Assembly (NCBI GenBank): GCA_043228905.1
Contig: JBHGNT010000007.1
Span: forward strand, 62,001-126,000
Direction: 5' to 3'
DNA length: 64,000 nucleotides
Source: Azolla caroliniana
Lineage: Eukaryota; Plantae; Polypodiophyta
Shown here: positions 13,001 to 27,859 of the stretch, one piece after another
How positions within the stretch are numbered: the first letter of the stretch is position 1
Layout of the letters: the number at the start of each line of letters is the position of its first letter
Program-made: the position numbers and the translations under genes
Notes under the pieces: model-generated
Databases searched by the model: none
What the model saw: only the letters and a program-made list of their open reading frames with translations
What the model was told of the DNA's origin: nothing

Positions 13001-16000
13001 CGTTGTTAGCTTTGTTTCGCATGTTTGAACAGAGAAATCCGATATCACACGAGCCAGGTATGAACATTTTAATTTACTCACTGGCTCTTCTCAACTCCAT
13101 CTTCAAATAAGCTAATTTCCTCATGTCTCTCGACCTGGGTTTCAAAATCTTGATTTTTTAATTCTATATCATAGCTAGCATTGTTAGCTTCGCTTCGCAT
13201 GTTTGAACGCAAAAATCCGATATCACAAGAGCCAGGTATGAACATTTTAATTTACTGACACACTCTTCTCCACTACCTCCTCAAATTTGCTAATTTCCTC
13301 ATGTCTCTCGACTTGAGTTTCAAAATCTTGATTATTTATTTCCATATCATAGCTAGCGTTGTTTGCTTCGATTCGCATGTTTGAACACAAAAATCCGATA
13401 TCACACGAGCGAGGTATGAACATTTTAATTTACTGACACACTCTTCTCCACTACCTCCTCAAAATTTGCTAATTTCCTCATGTCTCTCGACCTGGGTTTC
13501 AAAATCTTGATTTTTTAATTCTATATCATACCTAGCATTGTTAGCTTCGATTAGCATGTTTGAACGCAAAAATCCGATATCACAAGAGCCAGGTATGAAC
13601 ATTTTAATTTACGGACACACTCTTCTCCACTACCTCCTCAAAATTTGCTAATTTCCTCATGTCTCTCGACCTGGGTTTCAAAATCTTGATTTTTTAATTC
13701 TATATCATACCTAGCATTGTTAGCTTCGATTCGCATGTTTGAACGCAAAAATCCGATATCACAAGAGCCAGGTATGAACATTTTAATTTACTGACACACT
13801 CTTCTCCACTACCTCCTCAAATTTGCTAATTTCCTCATGTCTCTCGACCTGAGTTTCAAAATCTTGATTTTTTAATTTTATATCATAGCTAGCGTTGTTA
13901 GCTTCGATTCGCATGTTTGAACACAAAAAGCCGATATCACACGAGCGAGGTATGAACATTTTAATTAATTGACACACTCTTCTCCACTACCTCCTCAAAT
14001 AAGCTAATTTCCTCATGTCTCTCGACCTGAGTTTCAAAACCTTGAATTTTTAATTCTATATCATAGCTAGCGTTGTTAGCTTCGTTTCGCATGTTTGAAC
14101 ACAGAAATCCGATATCACACGAGCCAGGTATAAACATTTTAATTTACTCACTGGCACTTCTCAACTCCATCCTCAAATAAGCTAATTTCCTCATGTCTCT
14201 CGACCTTGCTTTCAAAATCGTGAATTTTTACTTCTATATCATTTCTAGCGTTGTTTGCTTCGATTCGCATGTTTGAACACAAAAATCCGATATCACACGA
14301 GCAAGGTATGAACATTTTAATTTATTGGCACACTTTTCTCCACTACCTCCTCAAATAAGCTAATTTCGTCATGTCTCTCGACCTTGCTAGCGTTGTTAGC
14401 TTCGTTTCGCATGTTTGAACACAGAAATCCGATATCACACGAGCCAGGTATAAACATTTTAATTTACTCACTGGCACTTCTCAACTCCATCCTCAAATAA
14501 GCTAATTTCCTCATGTCTCTCGACCTTGCTTTCAAAATCTCGAAATTTTACTTCTATATCATTGCTAGCGTTGTTAGCTTCGATTCGCATGTTTGAACAC
14601 AAAAATCCGATATCACACGAGCGAGGTATGAACATTTTAATTTACTGACACACTCTTCTCCACTACCTCCTCAAATTTGCTAATTTCCTCATGTCTCTCG
14701 ACTTGAGTTTCAAAATCTTGATTATTTATTTCCATATCATAGCTAGCGTTGTTTGCTTCGATTCGCATGTTTGAACACAAAAATCCGATATCACACGAGC
14801 GAGGTATGAACATTTTAATTTACTGACACACTCTTCTCCACTACCTCCTCAAAATTTGCTAATTTCCTCATGTCTCTCGACCTGGGTTTCAAAATCTTGA
14901 TTTTTTAATTCTATATCATACCTAGCATTGTTAGCTTCGATTCGCATGTTTGAACGCAAAAATCCGATATCACAAGAGCCAGGTATGAACATTTTAATTT
15001 ACTGACACACTCTTCTCCACTACCTCCTCAAATTTGCTAATTTCCTCATGTCTCTCGACCTGAGTTTCAAAATCTTGATTTTTTAATTTTATATCATAGC
15101 TAGCGTTGTTAGCTTCGATTCGCATGTTTGAACACAAAAAGCCGATATCACACGAGCGAGGTATGAACATTTTAATTAATTGACACACTCTTCTCCACTA
15201 CCTCCTCAAATAAGCTAATTTCCTCATGTCTCTCGACCTGAGTTTCAAAACCTTGAATTTTTAATTCTATATCATAGCTAGCGTTGTTAGCTTCGTTTCG
15301 CATGTTTGAACACAGAAATCCGATATCACACGAGCCAGGTATAAACATTTTAATTTACTCACTGGCACTTCTCAACTCCATCCTCAAATAAGCTAATTTC
15401 CTCATGTCTCTCGACCTTGCTTTCAAAATCGTGAATTTTTACTTCTATATCATTTCTAGCGTTGTTTGCTTCGATTCGCATGTTTGAACACAAAAATCCG
15501 ATATCACACGAGCAAGGTATGAACATTTTAATTTATTGGCACACTTTTCTCCACTACCTCCTCAAATAAGCTAATTTCGTCATGTCTCTCGACCTTGCTA
15601 GCGTTGTTAGCTTCGTTTCGCATGTTTGAACACAGAAATCCGATATCACACGAGCCAGGTATAAACATTTTAATTTACTCACTGGCACTTCTCAACTCCA
15701 TCCTCAAATAAGCTAATTTCCTCATGTCTCTCGACCTTGCTTTCAAAATCTCGAAATTTTACTTCTATATCATTGCTAGCGTTGTTAGCTTCGATTCGCA
15801 TGTTTGAACACAAAAATCCGATATCACACGAGCGAGGTATGAACATTTTAATTTACTGACACACTCTTCTCCACTACCTCCTCAAATTTGCTAATTTCCT
15901 CATGTCTCTCGACTTGAGTTTCAAAATCTTGATTTTTTATTTCCATATCATAGCTAGCGTTGTTAGCTTCGTTTCGCATGTTTGAACAGAGAAATCCGAA

Positions 16001-19000
16001 ATCACACGAGCCAGGTATGAACATTTTAATTTACTCACTGGCTCTTCTCAACTCCATCTTCAAATAAGCTAATTTCCTCATGTCTCTCGACCTGGGTTTC
16101 AAAATCTTGATTTTTTAATTCTATATCATAGCTAGCATTGTTAGCTTCGCTTCGCATGTTTGAACGCAAAAATCCGATATCACAAGAGCCAGGTATGAAC
16201 ATTTTAATTTACTGACACACTCTTCTCCACTACCTCCTCAAATTTGCTAATTTCCTCATGTCTCTCGACCTGAGTTTCAAAATATTGATTTTTTAATTTT
16301 ATATCATAGCTAGCGTTCTTAGCTTCGATTCGCATGTTTGAACACAAAAATCCGATATCACACAAGCGAGGTATGAACATTTTAATTTATTGGCACACTC
16401 TTCTCCACTACCTCCTCAAATAAGCTAATTTCGTCATGTCTCTCGACCTGAGTTCCAAAACCTTAATTTTTTAATTCTATATCATAGCTAGCGTTGTTAG
16501 CTTCGTTTCGCATGTTTGAACACAGAAATCCGATATCACACGAGCCAGGTATAAACATTTTAATTTACTCACTGGCACTTCTCAACTCCATCCTCAAATA
16601 AGCTAATTTCCTCATGTCTCTCGACCTTGCTTTCAAAATCTCGAAATTTTACTTCTATATCATTGCTAGCGTTGTTAGCTTCGTTTCGCATGTTTGAACA
16701 CAAAAATCCGATATCACACGAGCGAGGTATGAACATTTTAATTTACTGACACACTCTTCTCCACTACCTCCTCAAATTTGCTAATTTCCTCATGTCTCTC
16801 GACTTGAGTTTCAAAATCTTGATTATTTATTTCCATATCATAGCTAGCGTTGTTTGCTTCGATTCGCATGTTTGAACACAAAAATCCGATATCACACGAG
16901 CGAGGTATGAACATTTTAATTTACTGACACACTCTTCTCCACTACCTCCTCAAAATTTGCTAATTTCCTCATGTCTCTCGACCTGGGTTTCAAAATCTTG
17001 ATTTTTTAATTCTATATCATACCTAGCATTGTTAGCTTCGATTCGCATGTTTGAACGCAAAAATCCGATATCACAAGAGCCAGGTATGAACATTTTAATT
17101 TACTGACACACTCTTCTCCACTACCTCCTCAAATTTGCTAATTTCCTCATGTCTCTCGACCTGAGTTTCAAAATCTTGATTTTTTAATTTTATATCATAG
17201 CTAGCGTTGTTAGCTTCGATTCGCATGTTTGAACACAAAAAGCCGATATCACACGAGCGAGGTATGAACATTTTAATTAATTGACACACTCTTCTCCACT
17301 ACCTCCTCAAATAAGCTAATTTCCTCATGTCTCTCGACCTGAGTTTCAAAACCTTGAATTTTTAATTCTATATCATAGCTAGCGTTGTTAGCTTCGTTTC
17401 GCATGTTTGAACACAGAAATCCGATATCACACGAGCCAGGTATAAACATTTTAATTTACTCACTGGCACTTCTCAACTCCATCCTCAAATAAGCTAATTT
17501 CCTCATGTCTCTCGACCTTGCTTTCAAAATCGTGAATTTTTACTTCTATATCATTTCTAGCGTTGTTTGCTTCGATTCGCATGTTTGAACACAAAAATCC
17601 GATATCACACGAGCAAGGTATGAACATTTTAATTTATTGGCACACTTTTCTCCACTACCTCCTCAAATAAGCTAATTTCGTCATGTCTCTCGACCTTGCT
17701 AGCGTTGTTAGCTTCGTTTCGCATGTTTGAACACAGAAATCCGATATCACACGAGCCAGGTATAAACATTTTAATTTACTCACTGGCACTTCTCAACTCC
17801 ATCCTCAAATAAGCTAATTTCCTCATGTCTCTCGACCTTGCTTTCAAAATCTCGAAATTTTACTTCTATATCATTGCTAGCGTTGTTAGCTTCGATTCGC
17901 ATGTTTGAACACAAAAATCCGATATCACACGAGCGAGGTATGAACATTTTAATTTACTGACACACTCTTCTCCACTACCTCCTCAAATTTGCTAATTTCC
18001 TCATGTCTCTCGACTTGAGTTTCAAAATCTTGATTATTTATTTCCATATCATAGCTAGCGTTGTTAGCTTCGTTTCGCATGTTTGAACAGAGAAATCCGA
18101 AATCACACGAGCCAGGTATGAACATTTTAATTTACTCACTGGCTCTTCTCAACTCCATTATCAAATAAGCTAATTTCCTCATGTCTCTCGACCTGGGTTT
18201 CAAAATCTTGATTTTTTAATTCTATATCATACCTAGCATTGTTAGCTTCGATTCGCATGTTTGAACGCAAAAATCCGATATCACAAGAGCCAGGTATGAA
18301 CATTTTAATTTACTGACACACTCTTCTCCACTACCTCCTCAAATTTGCTAATTTCCTCATGTCTCTCGACCTGAGTTTCAAAATCTTGATTTTTTAATTT
18401 TATATCATAGCTTGCGTTGTTAGCTTCGATTCGCATGTTTGAACACAAAAATCCGATATCACACGAGCCAGGTATAAACATTTTAATTTACTGACACACT
18501 CTTCTCCACTCCATCCCCAAATTTGCTAATTTCCTCATATCTCTCGACCTGGGTTTCAAAATCTTGATTTTTTAATTCTATATCATAGCTAGCGTTGTTT
18601 GCTTCGATTCGCATGTTTGAACACAAAAATCCGATATCACACGAGCAAGGTATGAACATTTTAATTTACTGACACACTCTTCTCCACTACCTCCTCAAAT
18701 TTGCTAATTTCCTCATGTCTCTCGACTTGAGTTTCAAAATCTTGATTTTTTATTTCCATATCATAGCTAGCGTTGTTAGCTTTGTTTCGCATGTTTGAAC
18801 AGAGAAATCCGATATCACACGAGCCAGGTATGAACATTTTAATTTACTCACTGGCTCTTCTCAACTCCATCTTCAAATAAGCTAATTTCCTCATGTCTCT
18901 CGACCTGGGTTTCAAAATCTTGATTTTTTAATTCTATATCATAGCTAGCATTGTTAGCTTCGCTTCGCATGTTTGAACGCAAAAATCCGATATCACAAGA

Positions 19001-19070
19001 GCCAGGTATGAACATTTTAATTTACTGACACACTCTTCTCCACTACCTCCTCAAATTTGCTAATTTCCCC
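7100..19070. repeat. HOR domain marked by a 142-bp deleted monomer (12-mer of about 2100 bp, with 7-mer and 14-mer variants)
   Basis: Junction GACCTTGCTAGCG (36 bp missing) occurs at 7721, 9821, 11922, 14380, 15591 and 17692. Spacings are 2100, 2101, 2458, 1211 and 2101; 2100 = 12x178-36. Confidence 0.9.
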
Positions 19071-22000
19071 ATGTCTCTCGACCTGAGTTTCAAAATCTTG
19101 ATTTTTTAATTTTATATCATAGCTAGCGTTGTTAGCTTCGATTCGCATGTTTGAACACAAAAAGCCGATATCACACGAGCGAGGTATGAACATTTTAATT
19201 AATTGACACACTCTTCTCCACTACCTCCTCAAATAAGCTAATTTCCTCATGTCTCTCGACCTGAGTTTCAAAACCTTGAATTTTTAATTCTATATCATAG
19301 CTAGCGTTGTTAGCTTCGTTTCGCATGTTTGAACACAGAAATCCGATATCACACGAGCCAGGTATAAACATTTTAATTTACTCACTGGCACTTCTCAACT
19401 CCATCCTCAAATAAGCTAATTTCCTCATGTCTCTCGACCTTGCTTTCAAAATCGTGAATTTTTACTTCTATATCATTGCTAGCGTTGTTTGCTTCGATTC
19501 GCATGTTTGAACACAAAAATCCGATATCACACGAGCGAGGTATGAACATTTTAATTTACTGACACACTCTTCTCCACTACCTCCTCAAATTTGCTAATTT
19601 CCTCATGTCTCTCGACTTGAGTTTCAAAATCTTAATTATTTATTTCCATATCATAGCTAGCGTTGTTAGCTTCGTTTCGCATGTTTGAACAGAGAAATCC
19701 GAAATCACACGAGCCAGGTATGAACATTTTAATTTACTCACTGGCTCTTCTCAACTCCATTATCAAATAAGCTAATTTCCTCATGTCTCTCGACCTGGGT
19801 TTCAAAATCTTGATTTTTTAATTCTATATCATACCTAGCATTGTTAGCTTCGATTCGCATGTTTGAACGCAAAAATCCGATATCACAAGAGCCAGGTATG
19901 AACATTTTAATTTACTGACACACTCTTCTCCACTACCTCCTCAAATTTGCTAATTTCCTCATGTCTCTCGACCTGAGTTTCAAAATCTTGATTTTTTAAT
20001 TTTATATCATAGCTAGCGTTGTTAGCTTCGATTCGCATGTTTGAACACAAAAATCCGATATCACACGAGCGAGGTATGAACATTTTAATTAATTGACACA
20101 CTCTTCTCCACTACCTCCTCAAATAAGCTAATTTCCTCATGTCTCTCGACCTGAGTTTCAAAACCTTGAATTTTTAATTCTATATCATAGCTAGCGTTGT
20201 TAGCTTCGTTTCGCATGTTTGAACACAGAAATCCGATATCACACGAGCCAGGTATAAACATTTTAATTTACTCACTGGCACTTCTCAACTCCATCCTCAA
20301 ATAAGCTAATTTCCTCATGTCTCTCGACCTTGCTTTCAAAATCGTGAAATTTTACTTCTATATCATTGCTAGCGTTGTTTGCTTCGATTCGCATGTTTGA
20401 ACACAAAAATCCGATATCACACGAGCGAGGTATGAACATTTTAATTTACTGACACACTCTTCTCCACTACCTCCTCAAATTTGCTAATTTCCTCATGTCT
20501 CTCGACTTGAGTTTCAAAATCTTGATTATTTATTTCCATATCATAGCTAGCGTTGTTAGCTTCGATTCGCATGTTTGAACACAAAAATCCGATATCACAC
20601 GAGCGAGGTATGAACATTTTAATTAATTGACACACTCTTCTCCACTACCTCCTCAAATAAGCTAATTTCCTCATGTCTCTCGACCTGAGTTTCAAAACCT
20701 TGAATTTTTAATTCTATATCATAGCTAGCGTTGTTAGCTTCGTTTCGCATGTTTGAACACAGAAATCCGATATCACACGAGCCAGGTATAAACATTTTAA
20801 TTTACTCACTGGCACTTCTCAACTCCATCCTCAAATAAGCTAATTTCCTCATGTCTCTCGACCTTGCTTTCAAAATCGTGAATTTTTACTTCTATATCAT
20901 TGCTAGCGTTGTTTGCTTCGATTCGCATGTTTGAACACAAAAATCCGATATCACACGAGCGAGGTATGAACATTTTAATTTACTGACACACTCTTCTCCA
21001 CTACCTCCTCAAAATTTGCTAATTTCCTCATGTCTCTCGACTTGAGTTTCAAAATCTTGATTATTTATTTCCATATCATTGCTAGCGTTGTTTGCTTCGA
21101 TTCGCATGTTTGAACACAAAAATCCGATATCACACGAGCGAGGTATGAACATTTTAATTTACTGACACACTCTTCTCCACTACCTCCTCAAATTTGCTAA
21201 TTTCCTCATGTCTCTCGACTTGAGTTTCAAAATCTTGATTATTTATTTCCATATCATAGCTAGCGTTGTTAGCTTCGATTCGCATGTTTGAACACAAAAA
21301 TCCGATATCACACGAGCGAGGTATGAACATTTTAATTAATTGACACACTCTTCTCCACTACCTCCTCAAATAAGCTAATTTCCTCATGTCTCTCGACCTG
21401 AGTTTCAAAACCTTGAATTTTTAATTCTATATCATAGCTAGCGTTGTTAGCTTCGTTTCGCATGTTTGAACACAGAAATCCGATATCACACGAGCCAGGT
21501 ATAAACATTTTAATTTACTCACTGCCACTTCTCAACTCCATCCTCAAATAAGCTAATTTCCTCATGTCTCTCGACCTTGCTTTCAAAATCGTGAATTTTT
21601 ACTTCTATATCATTGCTAGCGTTGTTTGCTTCGATTCGCATGTTTGAACACAAAAATCCGATATCACACGAGCGAGGTATGAACATTTTAATTTACTGAC
21701 ACACTCTTCTCCACTACCTCCTCAAATTTGCTAATTTCCTCATGTCTCTCGACTTGAGTTTCAAAATCTTGATTATTTATTTCCATATCATAGCTAGCGT
21801 TGTTAGCTTCGATTCGCATGTTTGAACGCAAAAATCCGATATCACAAGAGCCAGGTATGAACATTTTAATTTACTGACACACTCTTCTCCACTACCTCCT
21901 CAAATTTGCTAATTTCCTCATGTCTCTCGACCTGAGTTTCAAAATCTTGATTTTTTAATTTTATATCATAGCTAGCGTTGTTAGCTTCGATTCGCATGTT

Positions 22001-25000
22001 TGAACACAAAAATCCGATATCACACGAGCGAGGTATGAACATTTTAATTAATTGACACACTCTTCTCCACTACCTCCTCAAATAAGCTAATTTCCTCATG
22101 TCTCTCGACCTGAGTTTCAAAACCTTGAATTTTTAATTCTATATCATAGCTAGCGTTGTTAGCTTCGTTTCGCATGTTTGAACACAGAAATCCGATATCA
22201 CACGAGCCAGGTATAAACATTTTAATTTACTCACTGGCACTTCTCAACTCCATCCTCAAATAAGCTAATTTCCTCATGTCTCTCGACCTGGGTTTCAAAA
22301 TCTTGATTTTTTAATTCTATATCATAGCTAGCATTGTTTGCTTCGATTCGCATGTTTGAACACAAAAATCCGATATCACACGAGCAAGGTATGAACATTT
22401 TAATTTACTGACACACTCTTCTCCACTACCTCCTCAAATTTGCTAATTTCCTCATGTCTCTCGACTTGAGTTTCAAAATCTTGATTTTTTATTTCCATAT
22501 CATAGCTAGCGTTGTTAGCTTCGTTTCGCATGTTTGAACAGAGAAATCCGAAATCACACGAGCCAGGTATGAACATTTTAATTTACTCACTGGCTCTTCT
22601 CATCTCCATCTTCAAATAAGCTAATTTCCTCATGTCTCTCGACCTGGGTTTCAAAATCTTGATTTTTTAATTCTATATCATAGCTAGCATTGTTAGCTTC
22701 GCTTCGCATGTTTGAACGCAAAAATCCGATATCACAAGAGCCAGGTATGAACATTTTAATTTACTGACACACTCTTCTCCACTACCTCCTCAAATTTGCT
22801 AATTTCCTCATGTCTCTCGACCTGAGTTTCAAAATATTCATTTTTTAATTTTATATCATAGCTAGCGTTCTTAGCTTCGATTCGCATGTTTGAACACAAA
22901 AATCCGATATCACACGAGCGAGGTATGAACATTTTAATTTATTGGCACACTCTTCTCCACTACCTCCTCAAATAAGCTAATTTCGTCATGTCTCTCGACC
23001 TGAGTTCCAAAACCTTGATTTTTTAATTCTATATCATAGCTAGCGTTGTTAGCTTCGTTTCGCATGTTTGAACACAGAAATCCGATATCACACGAGCCAG
23101 GTATAAACATTTTAATTTACTCACTGGCACTTCTCAACTCCATCCTCAAATAAGCTAATTTCCTCATGTCTCTCGACCTTGCTTTCAAAATCTCGAAATT
23201 TTACTTCTATATCATTGCTAGCGTTGTTAGCTTCGATTCGCATGTTTGAACACAAAAATCCGATATCACACGAGCGAGGTATGAACATTTTAATTTACTG
23301 ACACACTCTTCTCCACTACCTCCTCAAATTTGCTAATTTCCTCATGTCTCTCGACTTGAGTTTCAAAATCTTGATTATTTATTTCCATATCATAGCTAGC
23401 GTTGTTAGCTTCGTTTCGCATGTTTGAACAGAGAAATCCGAAATCACACGAGCCAGGTATGAACATTTTAATTTACTCACTGGCTCTTCTCAACTCCATT
23501 ATCAAATAAGCTAATTTCCTCATGTCTCTCGACCTGGGTTTCAAAATCTTGATTTTTTAATTCTATATCATACCTAGCATTGTTAGCTTCGATTCGCATG
23601 TTTGAACGCAAAAATCCGATATCACAAGAGCCAGGTATGAACATTTTAATTTACTGACACACTCTTCTCCACTACCTCCTCAAATTTGCTAATTTCCTCA
23701 TGTCTCTCGACCTGAGTTTCAAAATCTTGATTTTTTAATTTTATATCATAGCTAGCGTTGTTAGCTTCGATTCGCATGTTTGAACACAAAAATCCGATAT
23801 CACACGAGCGAGGTATGAACATTTTAATTAATTGACACACTCTTCTCCACTACCTCCTCAAATAAGCTAATTTCCTCATGTCTCTCGACCTGAGTTTCAA
23901 AACCTTGAATTTTTAATTCTATATCATAGCTAGCGTTGTTAGCTTCGTTTCGCATGTTTGAACACAGAAATCCGATATCACACGAGCCAGGTATAAACAT
24001 TTTAATTTACTCACTGGCTCTTCTCAACTCCATTATCAAATAAGCTAATTTCCTCATGTCTCTCGACCTGGGTTTCAAAATCTTGATTTTTTAATTCTAT
24101 ATCATACCTAGCATTGTTAGCTTCGATTCGCATGTTTGAACGCAAAAATCCGATATCACAAGAGCCAGGTATGAACATTTTAATTTACTGACACACTCTT
24201 CTCCACTACCTCCTCAAATTTGCTAATTTCCTCATGTCTCTCGACCTGAGTTTCAAAATCTTGATTTTTTAATTTTATATCATAGCTAGCGTTGTTAGCT
24301 TCGATTCGCATGTTTGAACACAAAAATCCGATATCACACGAGCGACGTATGAACATTTTAATTAATTGACACACTCTTCTCCACTACCTCCTCAAATAAG
24401 CTAATTTCCTCATGTCTCTCGACCTGAGTTTCAAAACCTTGAATTTTTAATTCTATATCATAGCTAGCGTTGTTAGCTTCGTTTCGCATGTTTGAACACA
24501 GAAATCCGATATCACACGAGCCAGGTATAAACATTTTAATTTACTCACTGGCACTTCTCAACTCCATCCTCAAATAAGCTAATTTCCTCATGTCTCTCGA
24601 CCTGGGTTTCAAAATCTTGATTTTTTAATTCTATATCATAGCTAGCATTGTTTGCTTCGATTCGCATGTTTGAACACAAAAATCCGATATCACACGAGCA
24701 AGGTATGAACATTTTAATTTACTGACACACTCTTCTCCACTACCTCCTCAAATTTGCTAATTTCCTCATGTCTCTCGACTTGAGTTTCAAAATCTTGATT
24801 TTTTATTTCCATATCATAGCTAGCGTTGTTAGCTTCGTTTCGCATGTTTGAACAGAGAAATCCGAAATCACACGAGCCAGGTATGAACATTTTAATTTAC
24901 TCACTGGCTCTTCTCAACTCCATCTTCAAATAAGCTAATTTCCTCATGTCTCTCGACCTGGGTTTCAAAATCTTGATTTTTTAATTCTATATCATAGCTA

Positions 25001-27859
25001 GCATTGTTAGCTTCGCTTCGCATGTTTGAACGCAAAAATCCGATATCACAAGAGCCAGGTATGAACATTTTAATTTACTGACACACTCTTCTCCACTACC
25101 TCCTCAAATTTGCTAATTTCCTCATGTCTCTCGACCTGAGTTTCAAAATATTCATTTTTTAATTTTATATCATAGCTAGCGTTCTTAGCTTCGATTCGCA
25201 TGTTTGAACACAAAAATCCGATATCACACGAGCGAGGTATGAACATTTTAATTTATTGGCACACTCTTCTCCACTACCTCCTCAAATAAGCTAATTTCGT
25301 CATGTCTCTCGACCTGAGTTCCAAAACCTTGATTTTTTAATTCTATATCATAGCTAGCGTTGTTAGCTTCGTTTCGCATGTTTGAACACAGAAATCCGAT
25401 ATCACACGAGCCAGGTATAAACATTTTAATTTACTCACTGGCACTTCTCAACTCCATCCTCAAATAAGCTAATTTCCTCATGTCTCTCGACCTTGCTTTC
25501 AAAATCTCGAAATTTTACTTCTATATCATTGCTAGCGTTGTTAGCTTCGATTCGCATGTTTGAACACAAAAATCCGATATCACACGAGCGAGGTATGAAC
25601 ATTTTAATTTACTGACACACTCTTCTCCACTACCTCCTCAAATTTGCTAATTTCCTCATGTCTCTCGACTTGAGTTTCAAAATCTTGATTATTTATTTCC
25701 ATATCATAGCTAGCGTTGTTAGCTTCGTTTCGCATGTTTGAACAGAGAAATCCGAAATCACACGAGCCAGGTATGAACATTTTAATTTACTCACTGGCTC
25801 TTCTCAACTCCATTATCAAATAAGCTAATTTCCTCATGTCTCTCGACCTGGGTTTCAAAATCTTGATTTTTTAATTCTATATCATACCTAGCATTGTTAG
25901 CTTCGATTCGCATGTTTGAACGCAAAAATCCGATATCACAAGAGCCAGGTATGAACATTTTAATTTACTGACACACTCTTCTCCACTACCTCCTCAAATT
26001 TGCTAATTTCCTCATGTCTCTCGACCTGAGTTTCAAAATCTTGATTTTTTAATTTTATATCATAGCTAGCGTTGTTAGCTTCGATTCGCATGTTTGAACA
26101 CAAAAATCCGATATCACACGAGCGAGGTATGAACATTTTAATTAATTGACACACTCTTCTCCACTACCTCCTCAAATAAGCTAATTTCCTCATGTCTCTC
26201 GACCTGAGTTTCAAAACCTTGAATTTTTAATTCTATATCATAGCTAGCGTTGTTAGCTTCGTTTCGCATGTTTGAACACAGAAATCCGATATCACACGAG
26301 CCAGGTATAAACATTTTAATTTACTCACTGGCACTTCTCAACTCCATCCTCAAATAAGCTAATTTCCTCATGTCTCTCGCCTTGCTTTCAAAATCGTGAA
26401 TTTTTACTTCTATATCATTTCTAGCGTTGTTTGCTTCGATTCGCATGTTTGAACACAAAAATCCGATATCACACGAGCAAGGTATGAACATTTTAATTTA
26501 CTGACACACTCTTCTCCACTACCTCCTCAAATTTGCTAATTTCCTCATGTCTCTCGACTTGAGTTTCAAAATCTTGATTTTTTATTTCCATATCATAGCT
26601 AGCGTTGTTAGCTTCGTTTCGCATGTTTGAACAGAGAAATCCGAAATCACACGAGCCAGGTATGAACATTTTAATTTACTCACTGGCTCTTCTCAACTCC
26701 ATCTTCAAATAAGCTAATTTCCTCATGTCTCTCGACCTGGGTTTCAAAATCTTGATTTTTTAATTCTATATCATAGCTAGCATTGTTAGCTTCGCTTCGC
26801 ATGTTTGAACGCAAAAATCCGATATCACACGAGCCAGATATAAACATTTTAATTTACTGACACACTCTTCTCCACTACCTCCTCAAATTTGCTAATTTCC
26901 TCATGTCTCTCGACCTGAGTTTCAAAATATTGATTTTTTAATTTTATATCATAGCTAGCGTTCTTAGCTTCGATTCGCATGTTTGAACACAAAAATCCGA
27001 TATCACACGAGCGAGGTATGAACATTTTAATTTATTGGCACACTCTTCTCCACTACCTCCTCAAATAAGCTAATTTCGTCATGTCTCTTGACCTGAGTTC
27101 CAAAACCTTGATTTTTTAATTCTATATCATAGCTAGCGTTGTTAGCTTCGTTTCGCATGTTTGAACACAGAAATCCGATATCACACGAGCCAGGTATAAA
27201 CATTTTAATTTACTCACTAGCACTTCTCAACTCCATCCTCAAATAAGCTAATTTCCTCATGTCTCTCGACCTTGCTTTCAAAATCTCGAAATTTTACTTC
27301 TATATCATTGCTAGCGTTGTTAGCTTCGATTCGCATGTTTGAACACAAAAATCCGATATCACACGAGCGAGGTATGAACATTTTAATTTACTGACACACT
27401 CTTCTCCACTACCTCCTCAAAATTTGCTAATTTCCTCATGTCTCTCGACCTGAGTTTCAAAATCTTGATTTTTTAATTTTATATCATAGCTAGCGTTGTT
27501 AGCTTCGTTTCGCATGTTTGAACACAGAAATCCGATATCACACGAGCCAGGTATAAACATTTTAATTTACTCACTGGCACTTCTCAACTCCATCCTCAAA
27601 TAAGCTAATTTCCTCATGTCTCTCGACCTAGGTTTTAAAATCTTTCATTTTTAATTGTATATCATAGCTAGCGTTGTTAGCTTCGATTCGCATGTTTGAA
27701 CACAAAAATCCGATATCACACGAGCGAGGTATGAACATTTTAATTTATTGACACACTCTTCTCCACTACCTCCTCAAATAAGCTAATTTCCTCATGTCTC
27801 TCGACCTGAGTTTCAAAACCTTGATTTTTTAATTCTATATCATAGCTAGCGTTGTTAGC

